Shown in pieces: positions 11,944-22,843 of a stretch of 64,000 nucleotides of DNA. Every line of letters begins with the position of its first letter. Within the stretch, counting starts at the first letter, position 1. The notes under the pieces were generated by a model. That model worked only from the letters and a program-made list of their open reading frames with translations, had not been told where the DNA came from and did not search any database. Origin of the DNA: Tubulanus polymorphus (Eukaryota > Animalia > Nemertea); assembly GCF_964204645.1 (NCBI RefSeq), contig NC_134035.1:10510451-10574450 (forward strand). The letters run 5' to 3'. The position numbers were made by a program, and so were the translations under genes.

Positions 11944-13089
11944 ATGGTGCATATCGGATGGATTTTGCTTAAGCCAACTCATCTCAAGATAATTGGATTA
12001 GCCGGCTTTATCCTCACTTCGTTGTTTTTGTTGTTAAGCGAGAATATTATGAGGAACAGCCTGAAAGCATCATTGCATCGTCACGGTATCGTGAATGCTT
12101 CAATATCACCACATAGCATGAAGGTTCCCGTTGTATACAATGATATCGTGGCCGACATATTGGAACAGTTGCAGGTTAATGTAAGTAAATGCGGTCCCGT
12201 GCCTAAAAGAATACACCAGACGTGGAAAACTGAAAATATCCCGACTTCGTTCAAGAGACATATCACGTCTTGGGTGAAACTTCACCCCGATTGGGAATAT
12301 TGGTTGTGGACCGATAGCATCGCCGACGAGTTCATTAAACGCAGATTTCCTGCGTATTACCCGATGTACAAAAATTATGGACAGGGAATTCACAGAGCCG
12401 ACGCGATTCGGTATTTTATACTCTATACGTTCGGTGGACTGTACGCTGATTTAGATATGGAAGCCTTCCGACCATTCGATCATTTGCTGAACACCCACAC
12501 GGCGATGATACCCGAAGATCATCCGGCCCATAGCGTCGTTTATTGGGGTCGACCACGACCATCGACTTTAAACGCGTTAATGACGTCAACGCCAAAACAT
12601 AAATATCTACGGAAAATAATCGAACATCTTCCCAGAGCGAATAAAGCAACAAGCAAAAGTGATGTTCTTCGTAAAACCGGTCCATTCATGACTGATGCGG
12701 TTTTAGTTGCGTATGAGAAATCTGTGGGCAGTGAGAGTAACAGAACCGTGTCGTTATGCGATGCAGTCTATTTTGCGTCCTACAGTCGATTTATCCCTGA
12801 CATTGACCTCTCCAATGCGAGGCCGATTGTAAACGGATGTAAAAACCCCGGACCCCCTTCAACACCTCGAGGTAAAACTTGTGAAATGTTGAAACGCGAC
12901 AATTTCAAGAATAAGCCACACGGACCGGAAGTGATGTCAAATCACGCATTCCATCACACGTATTACGATAAACCCGAATACAAGTTAGTGTTTTCCGTTC
13001 GCGAAATCGTGAAAAAACCGTTCGACATCAAAACATTTATAGCCAATATGAAGCCCGATAGAGACTTCGAGAAATTAGTTCGAGTATAA
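11944..13089 (+). CDS. GT32 glycosyltransferase copy 3, 381 aa
   Basis: Same motifs; the stop used by copies 1/2/4/7 reads CGA here, giving a 2-aa extension. Confidence 0.92.
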   Translation: MVHIGWILLKPTHLKIIGLAGFILTSLFLLLSENIMRNSLKASLHRHGIVNASISPHSMKVPVVYNDIVADILEQLQVNVSKCGPVPKRIHQTWKTENIPTSFKRHITSWVKLHPDWEYWLWTDSIADEFIKRRFPAYYPMYKNYGQGIHRADAIRYFILYTFGGLYADLDMEAFRPFDHLLNTHTAMIPEDHPAHSVVYWGRPRPSTLNALMTSTPKHKYLRKIIEHLPRANKATSKSDVLRKTGPFMTDAVLVAYEKSVGSESNRTVSLCDAVYFASYSRFIPDIDLSNARPIVNGCKNPGPPSTPRGKTCEMLKRDNFKNKPHGPEVMSNHAFHHTYYDKPEYKLVFSVREIVKKPFDIKTFIANMKPDRDFEKLVRV

Positions 13090-14106
13090 ACTGATTCTAA
13101 GTTGTACCGTTTCTAAACCCAGTGATCGAACCCCTTCTTATTAAAATGCAAGAAACATAAGTCAACTGGATATTCAACTTGTATTCATACCCTCATAGGC
13201 AGAGGTAAATATCTGCGGAACCGCGCCCGTATATACAAAGACTCAACCATAATCTTCCATACCTGATAAAAAAAGATTATTTAGCTGTGTTTCGCTTTGT
13301 AGATTTGCGGCAACTCTGTTTATTTATCAAACTTGATAACTTTAATTCATTCATGACTGATGATCAACTAAATTTTTGAGCTACTATGAACGACGCCGCC
13401 TGCACGAGACTGTAAACCGTATTTAGCGGTACGTTTTATACATACTGTAAGGAGAGTGATTAGAAAGTGACAGAGCTGAGGATTCAAGGGTCGAAATAGA
13501 TTCATTTTCATGGTTTTTAAAAGCTATTGAAAAATGCGCACTCAATCACTAATTAAATAGTGTTGCCGTGGAGACACGTGGAGCCGCTGCGTAAAGCCCT
13601 TGAGTCACATTAGTAAAATTTAAATGTATTGAATGAAAGATATGTGACACTAAAAGTAACAGAATGATAAATTCCTTGAAGTTAATATCAATGATGTAAT
13701 ATCAATTTCGGATTCGAAAACAGCTACTGATAATATCAGCCACATGCCAAAAGTTTTACAAAGGAGAACGTAGTTCAGATGGCAATCTAAGAAAGGATAT
13801 TATGCTTTATTTGCAACTTATTGTAATTATATTGTATTTATTTTAACAAGACCGTTAGGTACGAAACATATTGATAATATGGTGGAATTAACAGTCTCGA
13901 CAGACTTATAACGATAGGGATAACAAATCAAGCAATATTAAATATATACAGTGTACAACAAAATGGAAAGTGTAAACGCATAAACTTTGATAAAATGAAA
14001 CCATGGAACTATTTCATTGTCACGCGATTTCATATTATAGATATTTAATCAGCTTAGTTTCAGTAATTTAGTCGTAGCTAACAAAAAAAACTATTTAGTG
14101 CATAAA

Positions 14107-14890
14107 TATGGAATCCCTCAAGGGCCATACGACTTACGAGTTTCGTTTTACGAGTTACGATTTACGTTTTACGAGTTACTAATACATTTCCTACAATACG
14201 TTACGACTTACGATTTACGACTTACGTTTTACGAATTACACGTTTTTCACTAATTGGCTTCGGATATCCGAAGCGCGTAATTCAAAGAACGGGTTTCAAA
14301 ATGAAGTCGAATTGTCATTTCAAACAGCATAATAAGAGTAATTTATTGTACATAGTGAATCAATCTCGACTGCAGTGGTCTATTACAGGGCAGAAAATCT
14401 GCGCGTTGGCCATCTGCTGTGCGAACCTTCTCAAAATCTATTAAATGCTGACAATACATTTCACACTGACTGATGACTGCCCCGTTACGTGCACGATGAT
14501 TTTAATAGACGATATTTAAATAAATCTTAGCTGGAAATGATTTTGATAATTAGAACAAGATTCATCAATTTAGAAAAAATGTATTTATTTTTTGAAAACA
14601 CTGGGCTGCATGCAGCCATCCATCATCGTTACAGTTATTCGTCTAATAATTAGTGAAATGCCTACCACACAGTGAAATGCCTACCACGTGGCCACTGTCC
14701 TTGAACTCTAGCGAACCGAAATTCCAACACTTAACTCGTAAATAGTAACTCGTAATTCGTAAAACGTATTTACGTTGTAATTCGTAACTCATAAAACGGA
14801 AGTCGTAACGAATATTCAAGGAAATGTATAAGTAACTCGTAAAACGTAAATCGTAACTCGTAAGTCGTATGGCCCTTGAGGTATTCCATA
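14107..14890. mobile_element. Non-autonomous DNA transposon with TATGG...CCATA TIRs and 6-bp TSD CATAAA (IS3EU-like)
   Basis: TIR TATGGAAT.CCTCAAGGGCCATACGACTTACGAG, subterminal TTACGA repeats; empty site (single CATAAA) in the paralog at about 6116. Confidence 0.9.
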
Positions 14891-15414
14891 CATAAACGTT
14901 CACCATTCACATATATACATGTATACATACAGTCTAAGCCTGGCTGATCGGAATATCATGGCGACATGTATATGTTTATTTGGCCCTCGACGCATATCTT
15001 CATATTAACCACCGTTCTGATCCGGGTCAAGTCCTCTTATAATCATCAAAATTTAAAAGGAATAAAGCCCTAGATATTTCATTCAAATCTTGATGGCCAG
15101 GTTACTGGATATGTTTACCCTCGGGGAATAGTCGACAATCATGTGCTGAGCCCGTAAAGCTTGCGCCCCGGCCCCGGCAGGGATTCGATCCTCCGCACAA
15201 AATTAGTATTTTCGTTGAACCTGATTCCATCGAGGCTCGTCACCTATGGTGGCTGATTCGGCCCATACTAAAAAATGTTTCAAAAGAGCAACGATGAAAA
15301 AAAAAAATTTCACATTGGCCCGTTTTTTGGTTTTCTCGCGCGAGAATTCAAAACTTTTGGTTTTCAGTCACCGAGTACAGTCGCAATTGTTTACTAGAAC
15401 TTTAATGAACATAC

Positions 15415-18048
15415 TTTTTACAGCCTCTCCTTTTATTTACAGCCTCTCCTTTTATTTACAGCCTCTCCTTTTATTTACAGCCTCTCCTTTTATTTACAGC
15501 CTCTCCATTTTATAGCCTCTCCTTTTTACAGCCTGTCCTTTTATTTACAGCCTGTCCTTTTATTTACAGCCTCTCCTTTTACTACCTCTCCTTTTTACAG
15601 CCTCTCCTTTTTACTGCCTCTCCTTTTTACAGCCTCTCCTTTTATTTACAGCCTCTCCTTTTACTACCTCTCCTTTTTACAGCCTCTCCTTTTTACTGCC
15701 TCTTCTTTTATTTACAGCCTCTCCTTTTCACAGCCTCTCCATTTTACAGCCTCTCCTTTTACTACCTCTCCTTTTTACTGCCTCTTCTTTTTACAGCCTC
15801 TCCATTTTACTGCCTCTCCTTTTTACAGCCTCTCCTTTTATTTACAGCCTCTCCTTTTCACAGCCTCTCCATTTTACAGCCTCTCCTTTTACTACCTCTT
15901 CTTTTTACAGCCTCTCCTTTTATTTACAGCCTCTCCTGTTTACAGCCTCTTCTTTTTACAGCCTCTCCATTTTACTGCCTCTCCTTTTTACAGCCTCTCC
16001 TTTTATTTACAGCCTCTCCTTTTCACAGCCTCTCCATTTTACAGCCTCTCCTTTTACTACCTCTTCTTTTTACAGCCTCTCCTTTTATTTACAGCCTCTC
16101 CTTTTATTTACAGCCTCTTCTTTTATTTACAGCCTCTCCTTTTCACAGCCTCTCCATTTTACAGCCTCTCCTTTTACTACCTCTCCTTTTTACTGCCTCT
16201 TCTTTTTACAGCCTCTCCATTTTACTGCCTCTCCTTTTTACAGCCTCTCCTTTTATTTACAGCCTCTCCTTTTCACAGCCTCTCCATTTTACAGCCTCTC
16301 CTTTTACTACCTCTTCTTTTTACAGCCTCTCCTTTTATTTACAGCCTCTCCTGTTTACAGCCTCTTCTTTTTACAGCCTCTCCATTTTACTGCCTCTCCT
16401 TTTTACAGCCTCTCCTTTTATTTACAGCCTCTCCTTTTCACAGCCTCTCCATTTTACAGCCTCTCCTTTTACTACCTCTTCTTTTTACAGCCTCTCCTTT
16501 TATTTACAGCCTCTCCTGTTTACAGCCTCTCCTGTTTACAGCCTCTCCTTTTTACAGCCTCTTCTTTTTTTTACTGCCTCTCCTTTTATTTACAGCCTCT
16601 CCTTTTATTTACAGCCTCTCCATTTTACTGCCTCTCCTTTTTACAGCCTCTCCTTTTATTTACAGCCTCTCCTTTTCACAGCCTCTCCATTTTACAGCCT
16701 CTCCTTTTACTACCTCTTCTTTTTACAGCCTCTCCTTTTATTTACAGCCTCTCCTGTTTACTGCCTCTCCTTTTTACAGCCTCTCCTTTTATTTACAGCC
16801 TCTCCTTTTATTTACAGCCTCTCCTGTTTACAGCCTCTCCTGTTTACAGCCTCTCCTTTTTACAGCCTCTCCTTTTTACAGCCTCTCCTTTTTAACTGCC
16901 TCTTCTTTTTACAGCCTCTCCATTTTACAGCCTCTCCTTTTATTTACAGCCTCTCCTTTTTACAGCCTCTCCTTTTATTTACAGCCTCTCCTTTTCACAG
17001 CCTCTCCATTTTACAGCCTCTCCTTTTACTACCTCTTCTTTTTACAGCCTCTCCTTTTTACAGCCTCTTCTTTTTTATTGTCTCTCCTTTTATTAACAGC
17101 CTCTCCTTTTACTACCTCTCCTTTTTAAAGCCTCTCCTTTTTACTGCCTCTCCTTTTTACAGCCTCTCCTTTTTACAGCCTCTCCTTTTTACTGCCTCTT
17201 CTTTTTACAGCCTCTCCATTTTACAGCCTCTCCTTTTATTTACAGCCTCTCCATTTTACAGCCTCTCCTTTTACTACCTCTTCTTTTTACAGCCTCTCCT
17301 TTTTACAGCCTCTCCTTTTATTTACAGCCTCTCCTAATTACAGCCTCTCCTGTTTACAGCCTCTCCTTTTTACAGCCTCTCCATTTTACAGCCTCTCCTT
17401 TTACTACTTCTCCTTTTTACAGCCTCTCCTTTTTACAGCCTCTCCTTTTATTTACAGCCTCTCCTAATTACAGCCTCTCCTGTTTACAGCCTCTCCTTTT
17501 TACAGCCTCTTCTTTTTTATTGCCTCTCCTTTTATTTACAGCCTCTCCTTTTACTACCTCTCCTTTTTAAAGCCTCTCCTTTTTACTGCCTCTTCTTTTA
17601 TTTACTACCTCTCCTTTTCACAGCCTCTCCATTTTACAGCCTCTCCTTTTACTACCTCTTCTTTTTACAGCCTCTCCACTTTACAGCCTCTCCTTTTCAC
17701 AGCCTCTCCATTTTACAGCCTCTCCCTTTACTACCTCTTCTTTTTACAGCCTCTCCTTTTTACAGCCTCTCCTTTTTACTGCCTCTTCTTTTTACAGCCT
17801 CTCCTTTTATTTACAGCCTCTCCTAATTACAGCCTCTCCTGTTTACAGCCTCTCCTTTTTACAGCCTCTCCATTTTACAGCCTCTCCTTTTACTACTTCT
17901 CCTTTTTACAGCCTCTCCTTTTTACTGCCTCTCCTTTTTACAGCCTCTCCTTTTATTTACAGCCTCTCCTTTTACTACCTCTCCTTTTTACTGCCTCTCC
18001 TTTTTACAGCCTCTCCTTTTTACTGCCTCTCCTTTTTTACTGCCTCTC
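15415..18048 (+). repeat. Same minisatellite expanded to about 2.6 kb (roughly 140 units, with higher-order blocks)
   Basis: Directly visible; paralogous position upstream of copy 4. Confidence 0.97.
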
Positions 18049-18095
18049 AATCAAACATTTGTGATAATAATCAGAGTTTTTTTAAATCCTTTAGC

Positions 18096-19319
18096 ATGGT
18101 ACGCATTAGACACATTTTGCTTGAACCAAATCGTCTCAAGATAATCGGATTGGTCAGCTTAATCCTAACTTCGTGGTTTTTGGTGTTCAACGTGCTGAGC
18201 GGCCTGAAAGCGGCAGTGTGTGGTTCAACGCAATCCTACATGATCGCATACGATGACGCCGTTGCCAATTTATTGGAACAGAACACGAGGAGCAGCCTGC
18301 AGGTGTTAGTGCATCGTGACGGTACCGTGAATGCTTCTACATCACAACACAGTATAAAGGTTCCCGTTGTATACAATGATATCGTTGCCATTTTACTGGA
18401 ACAGTTTCACTTTACGGATAGTAAATGCGGTCACGTGCCGAAAAGAATACACCAGACGTGGAAAACTGAAAATATCCCGATTTCGTTTAAAAAGTATATC
18501 ACGTCTTGGGTGAAACTTCACCCCGATTGGGAATATTGGTTGTGGACCGATAGCATGGCCGACGAGTTCGTTAAACGCAGATTTCCTGCGTATTATCCGA
18601 TGTACAAAAATTATAAATATGGAATTCACAGAGCCGATGCGATTCGGTATTTCATACTCTATACGTTCGGTGGACTGTACGCTGATTTAGATATGGAAGC
18701 CTTCCGACCATTCGATCATTTGCTGAACACCCACACGGCGATGATACCCGAAGATCATCCCGCCCATAGCATCGTTTATTGGGGTCGACCGCGACCATCG
18801 ACTTTAAACGCGTTAATGACGTCAACGCCAAAACATAAATATCTACGGAAAATAATCGAATTTCTTCCTACAGCGAATAAATCAACAAGTAAAAGTCATG
18901 TTGTTGGTAAAACCGGTCCATTCATGACTGATGCGGTTTTAGTTGCGTATGTGAAATCCGTGGGTGTTGAGGGCAACAGAACCGTGTCGTTATGCGATGC
19001 AGTCTATTTTGCGCCATACAGTCGATTTATCCCTGACATCGACCTCTCCAATGCGAGGGCGATTGTAAACGGATGTGAAAACCCCGGACCCCCTTCAACA
19101 CCTCGAGGTAAAACTTGTGAAATGTTGAAACGCGACAATTTCAAGAATAAGCCACACGGACCGGTAGTGATGTCGAATCACGCATTCCATCACACGTTAT
19201 TCGATAAACCCGAATACAAGTTATTGTTTACTGTCCGCGAAATCGTGAAAAAACCGTTCGATATCAAAACATTAATAGCAAATATGAAGCCTGATAGAGA
19301 CTTCGAGAAATTAGTTTGA
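18096..19319 (+). CDS. GT32 glycosyltransferase copy 4, 407 aa
   Basis: Same motifs; N-terminus and 5' flank nearly identical to copy 2. Confidence 0.92.
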   Translation: MVRIRHILLEPNRLKIIGLVSLILTSWFLVFNVLSGLKAAVCGSTQSYMIAYDDAVANLLEQNTRSSLQVLVHRDGTVNASTSQHSIKVPVVYNDIVAILLEQFHFTDSKCGHVPKRIHQTWKTENIPISFKKYITSWVKLHPDWEYWLWTDSMADEFVKRRFPAYYPMYKNYKYGIHRADAIRYFILYTFGGLYADLDMEAFRPFDHLLNTHTAMIPEDHPAHSIVYWGRPRPSTLNALMTSTPKHKYLRKIIEFLPTANKSTSKSHVVGKTGPFMTDAVLVAYVKSVGVEGNRTVSLCDAVYFAPYSRFIPDIDLSNARAIVNGCENPGPPSTPRGKTCEMLKRDNFKNKPHGPVVMSNHAFHHTLFDKPEYKLLFTVREIVKKPFDIKTLIANMKPDRDFEKLV

Positions 19320-19504
19320 GTATTGTTACGGCACAGACATAATGTGCCATTAGAACTGTGCACAATTTCCGTCAAATCAACGAAACAAAACTTATGAAAT
19401 ATAAAATGGTATTTTATTCACAACAGCAGGAATCTTAGCGATATAATCCCACACGAAAAAGTCCGAAATCTACTAATCTGCTAATCTGCCATGGTCAACG
19501 GTTG

Positions 19505-21222
19505 TAGGTAAAAATCCCCTGGGTACAACTCCCCTAGGTAAAAATCCCCTAGGTAAATATCCGCCGGGTAAAAGTTCCCTGGGTAAAAATCCCCAATTAT
19601 TCAAAGTAGGTAAAAGTCCCCACTTGGTGATTTTCAAGAACATTTCAAAGCAAGATGTTTCTCCAATCATATTCATTTGCAATGAGACTGAAATATGTTT
19701 GAACTGCGCAAAAATTAAATCTTTCGTTGGGATGAATTCTTAAGTAAATTCTGAGAATAAAATATATTGTTAGAATTAATAAGAATAATGAATTTTTCAT
19801 TTGTAATATCTTAAAATTCGAACTGGAATAATTTTGAACTGTGACCTCTTGTTAATTTGTGGTATGTTTGAGCTGTGCGATGCCATAATAATGCAATAAT
19901 GAACTTTTAATTTGAAATATTTTCGATTCAAGTTAGTATGTGCGATGAACCCTTTCATTAACTGTGAGAACTTTAAGTACGGTACTAATTTAGTATGAAT
20001 GAACTTTTCATTTGTGTAGTATGTTTTAATTCAAATAGTATATACTATAGTTTGTATGCTCATGATATCCTTATGGTGTTCCACAGTAAAATATGAGTAA
20101 TGGGGAATGTGTTGTTTCATACCAGAGGTCGAGAGGTTGAGCTCATTTTCACTCACTCGCCCTCTCAACCCTCTGATATGAAACAACACTTTCCCAATTA
20201 CTTCTAATAATTTCATATAAATGAACATTATTTATATGAATATCATAGATTTCGAATAAAAGTGTGAGTAAAGTGCGAGAAATAATTCACATTTTTACAG
20301 ATTTCGAATAAAAAAATAGGTAAAATAAATGGAGAATTAAAAACTAACGAGTAATTAACGAGTTGAAGAAAATATCAATTTTAACAAAAAAATTACTAAT
20401 AAATGAATGAACAGATACTACAATTCAAAGATATCGATTTACATTAAAAAAAAAACATAAAGAGGAAATTCATATAAATAATGTTCATTTATATGAAATT
20501 ATTAGGAGTAATGGGCAAAGAGTTGTTTCAGATCAAAGGTTGAAAGGGAGAGTGAGCTCGATCTTTCGACCTCTGGTATGAAATTCTTATATGAATTTCA
20601 TAGATTTCGAATAGAAGTGTGAGTGGTGAGTGAGATAAAATAAAAAGTAACGAGTAATTAACGAGTTAAAGAAAATATGAATTTTAAACATAAAAAGAGG
20701 TCGAGATCTCCTTAGTCGTTTTAGTACATAAAGAATAAAACTTTATTTTAGGCAAAAAAAAATTGATACCTTGTTTCTCCGCTCTGCTGAGCTTAAATGT
20801 TGACCCGGCCGGCCGCCTATCTACCCTATACATTACTTTTTTTTAAATCGTGATCAATTTCACCATAACAGACCCGGCCGCTATAGAAATGAACTGTTTA
20901 TAAATTTTATCATATTTTACAAAAATGACCCGGCCGCTGCGGAGAAACAAGGTATCATTTTTGTTTAGCCTTATTCTTACTGATTTAAATTATTTTTAAA
21001 ACTACTAAACTACTAAGGAGATAAAGACATAGAGGGGTAGTATATTCAGACACATATTAATATTCATATTCATATTTATTTTTATATCAAATAAAAGAAT
21101 ATGAATGAATTGGATACATGTATCAATAATATGAATTAATTGACCTTAAGACTGTATCTACTTGCATTACATTCAGAAGTTGGGGGATTTTTACCTACTT
21201 TGAAGAATTGGGGATTTTTACT
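19505..21222. mobile_element. About 1.7-kb non-autonomous element with inverted ends and GGTAAAAATCCCC subterminal repeats
   Basis: 19580-19625 is the reverse complement of 21177-21222; internal direct and inverted duplications. Confidence 0.6.
20751..20970. mobile_element. Harbinger/Tourist-like MITE (GGC...GCC, TTA TSD), nested; relatives at about 1-92 and 28900-29066
   Basis: TIR GGC...GATACCTTGTTTCTCCGC / GCGGAGAAACAAGGTATC...GCC flanked by TTA. Confidence 0.8.
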
Positions 21223-21339
21223 GAGGGCTATATATTTGCATGAGAACCACTTGGAATTAGTGTCAATAGACCTTGATTATTTCCTCTATACAGCAATAGG
21301 GCGACCTGGAAATCGGTATCAGGCCTCAGTATCAATTGA

Positions 21340-21800
21340 CTACAGAACAGCTCTCATTATGGAGTTCTACTTTTCATCACGAAGATGGCGCATGGTGTGA
21401 AAGGATTACGATCCAAGATCCAGTAGATGTCAATGGTTTAAATAATTATATGAAATTATTCCTTAAAGATCGATATAATCAAGAGTGGCGGAATAAAATG
21501 GCTAACGAAGATACCGTTTGTAATTATAGACTGATTAAAAAGAACTTTGAGTTTGAGAAATATCTTATTCAGTTACCGCCAAATTTCTGTCACTAATGAA
21601 TTTACTACGATACCGTGCCAATAATCATTGTTTACCGATTAAGAAGGAAAGATATAAGAAAAAGAAAGACGAAATTCAGGTGAAATTGATGATGAATACC
21701 ATTATTTAATGATAATGTCATTCTCACACCAAGCTGAGAAAAGATCCCTAACAAGTTATTATTACGAAAATCCAACCGAGCTAAAGTATTACGAGTTACT
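21340..21800 (+). mobile_element. Degenerate non-LTR retrotransposon ORF2 C-terminal remnant
   Basis: KDRYNQEW..NYRLIKKNFEFEKYL..LLRYRANNHCLPIKKER resembles the post-RT region of CR1/L2-group LINEs; stops and frameshifts. Confidence 0.65.
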
Positions 21801-22843
21801 GAATCCAAAGGACACGGAATTATTAATCGTATGTTAAAATGTTCTGTAAATATTTTTATTTGTTTTTTACATACTGTATTAATGTGCATGTTTTTCTGTA
21901 TCCTCATAAAATTGACATTGTCAGGATAAATAAAGATCACTACTACCGTTCAACAAAGACAGAAATAAATTTTCTTTTTGACGTTTCTGGTTTAATTTCC
22001 ATGTCGACGATGAATTATTGAGAGTTAAGACACTCGCATTATATTAATGATTCGCTTTAGCACAATTGATTCCCAACTGCGGTTGGCCAATAACGATGTT
22101 CAATAACAGAATATCCTAGTAAGGTCCCGATTTAGACGACTTAAATTCCGTACGCATTCTTTTTACTTAATTACGTGAAGCGTTAATAGTAATAATATAT
22201 CCCTTAAGTACCCGTCATAGAACACTAACTACATTAGACTCTATATCATAATCAGACCCTATTGCCGAAACATAACGTGTCATTAAGTCGTAACATGCAC
22301 TTCGAGTCTTAATTAGACGAAACACTCACACGAAGACAGCCATACAAGTAAGTTTTTATCCTTATTTTCATAACATCTGGAATGTTGAACCGGGAATCAC
22401 TACTTCAGCTAGTTAGCGACGATGCTAAAAACGTCATGGTGTTTGCGATTAGTCACGTGTTGTACAGATACGTGAACTTAATACGTGACAAACGAGAGGA
22501 ATCCCGCAATTGATTCAGCCTAAAATGAATAGTTCTACAGTAAAATTTCGAGCAAAGTTTCGTTAAATACTATAAGCAATAATCAAGCGTACCGGGAACA
22601 CTAGAATGGAATTAACAGAAAGTTTATACAAGAATCAGAAGTGACAAGCTAAACGCTGTTAAAAGCCAATCTAATTGTTATGTTGAAACGCCAATATTGA
22701 TGACGTAGTGCACAATGAATCACACATTTCACTTAAACTAACGCAAATATACAGAAGTTATCAATGCATTAAAAAATTCTTACGATTTGTGTGGCGTCAA
22801 AAAATATCTACGTGGAAAATTTGTTTACGAATGAACTTTAGGA

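Noticed and set aside
15415-18048. CRISPR-like array
   Set aside because: No unique spacers, no cas genes, eukaryotic context; a plain minisatellite
2747-19319. Bacterial contamination or prokaryotic operon
   Set aside because: Genes have eukaryotic type II TM anchors and splice acceptors, and are interleaved with intron-containing animal genes and animal transposons
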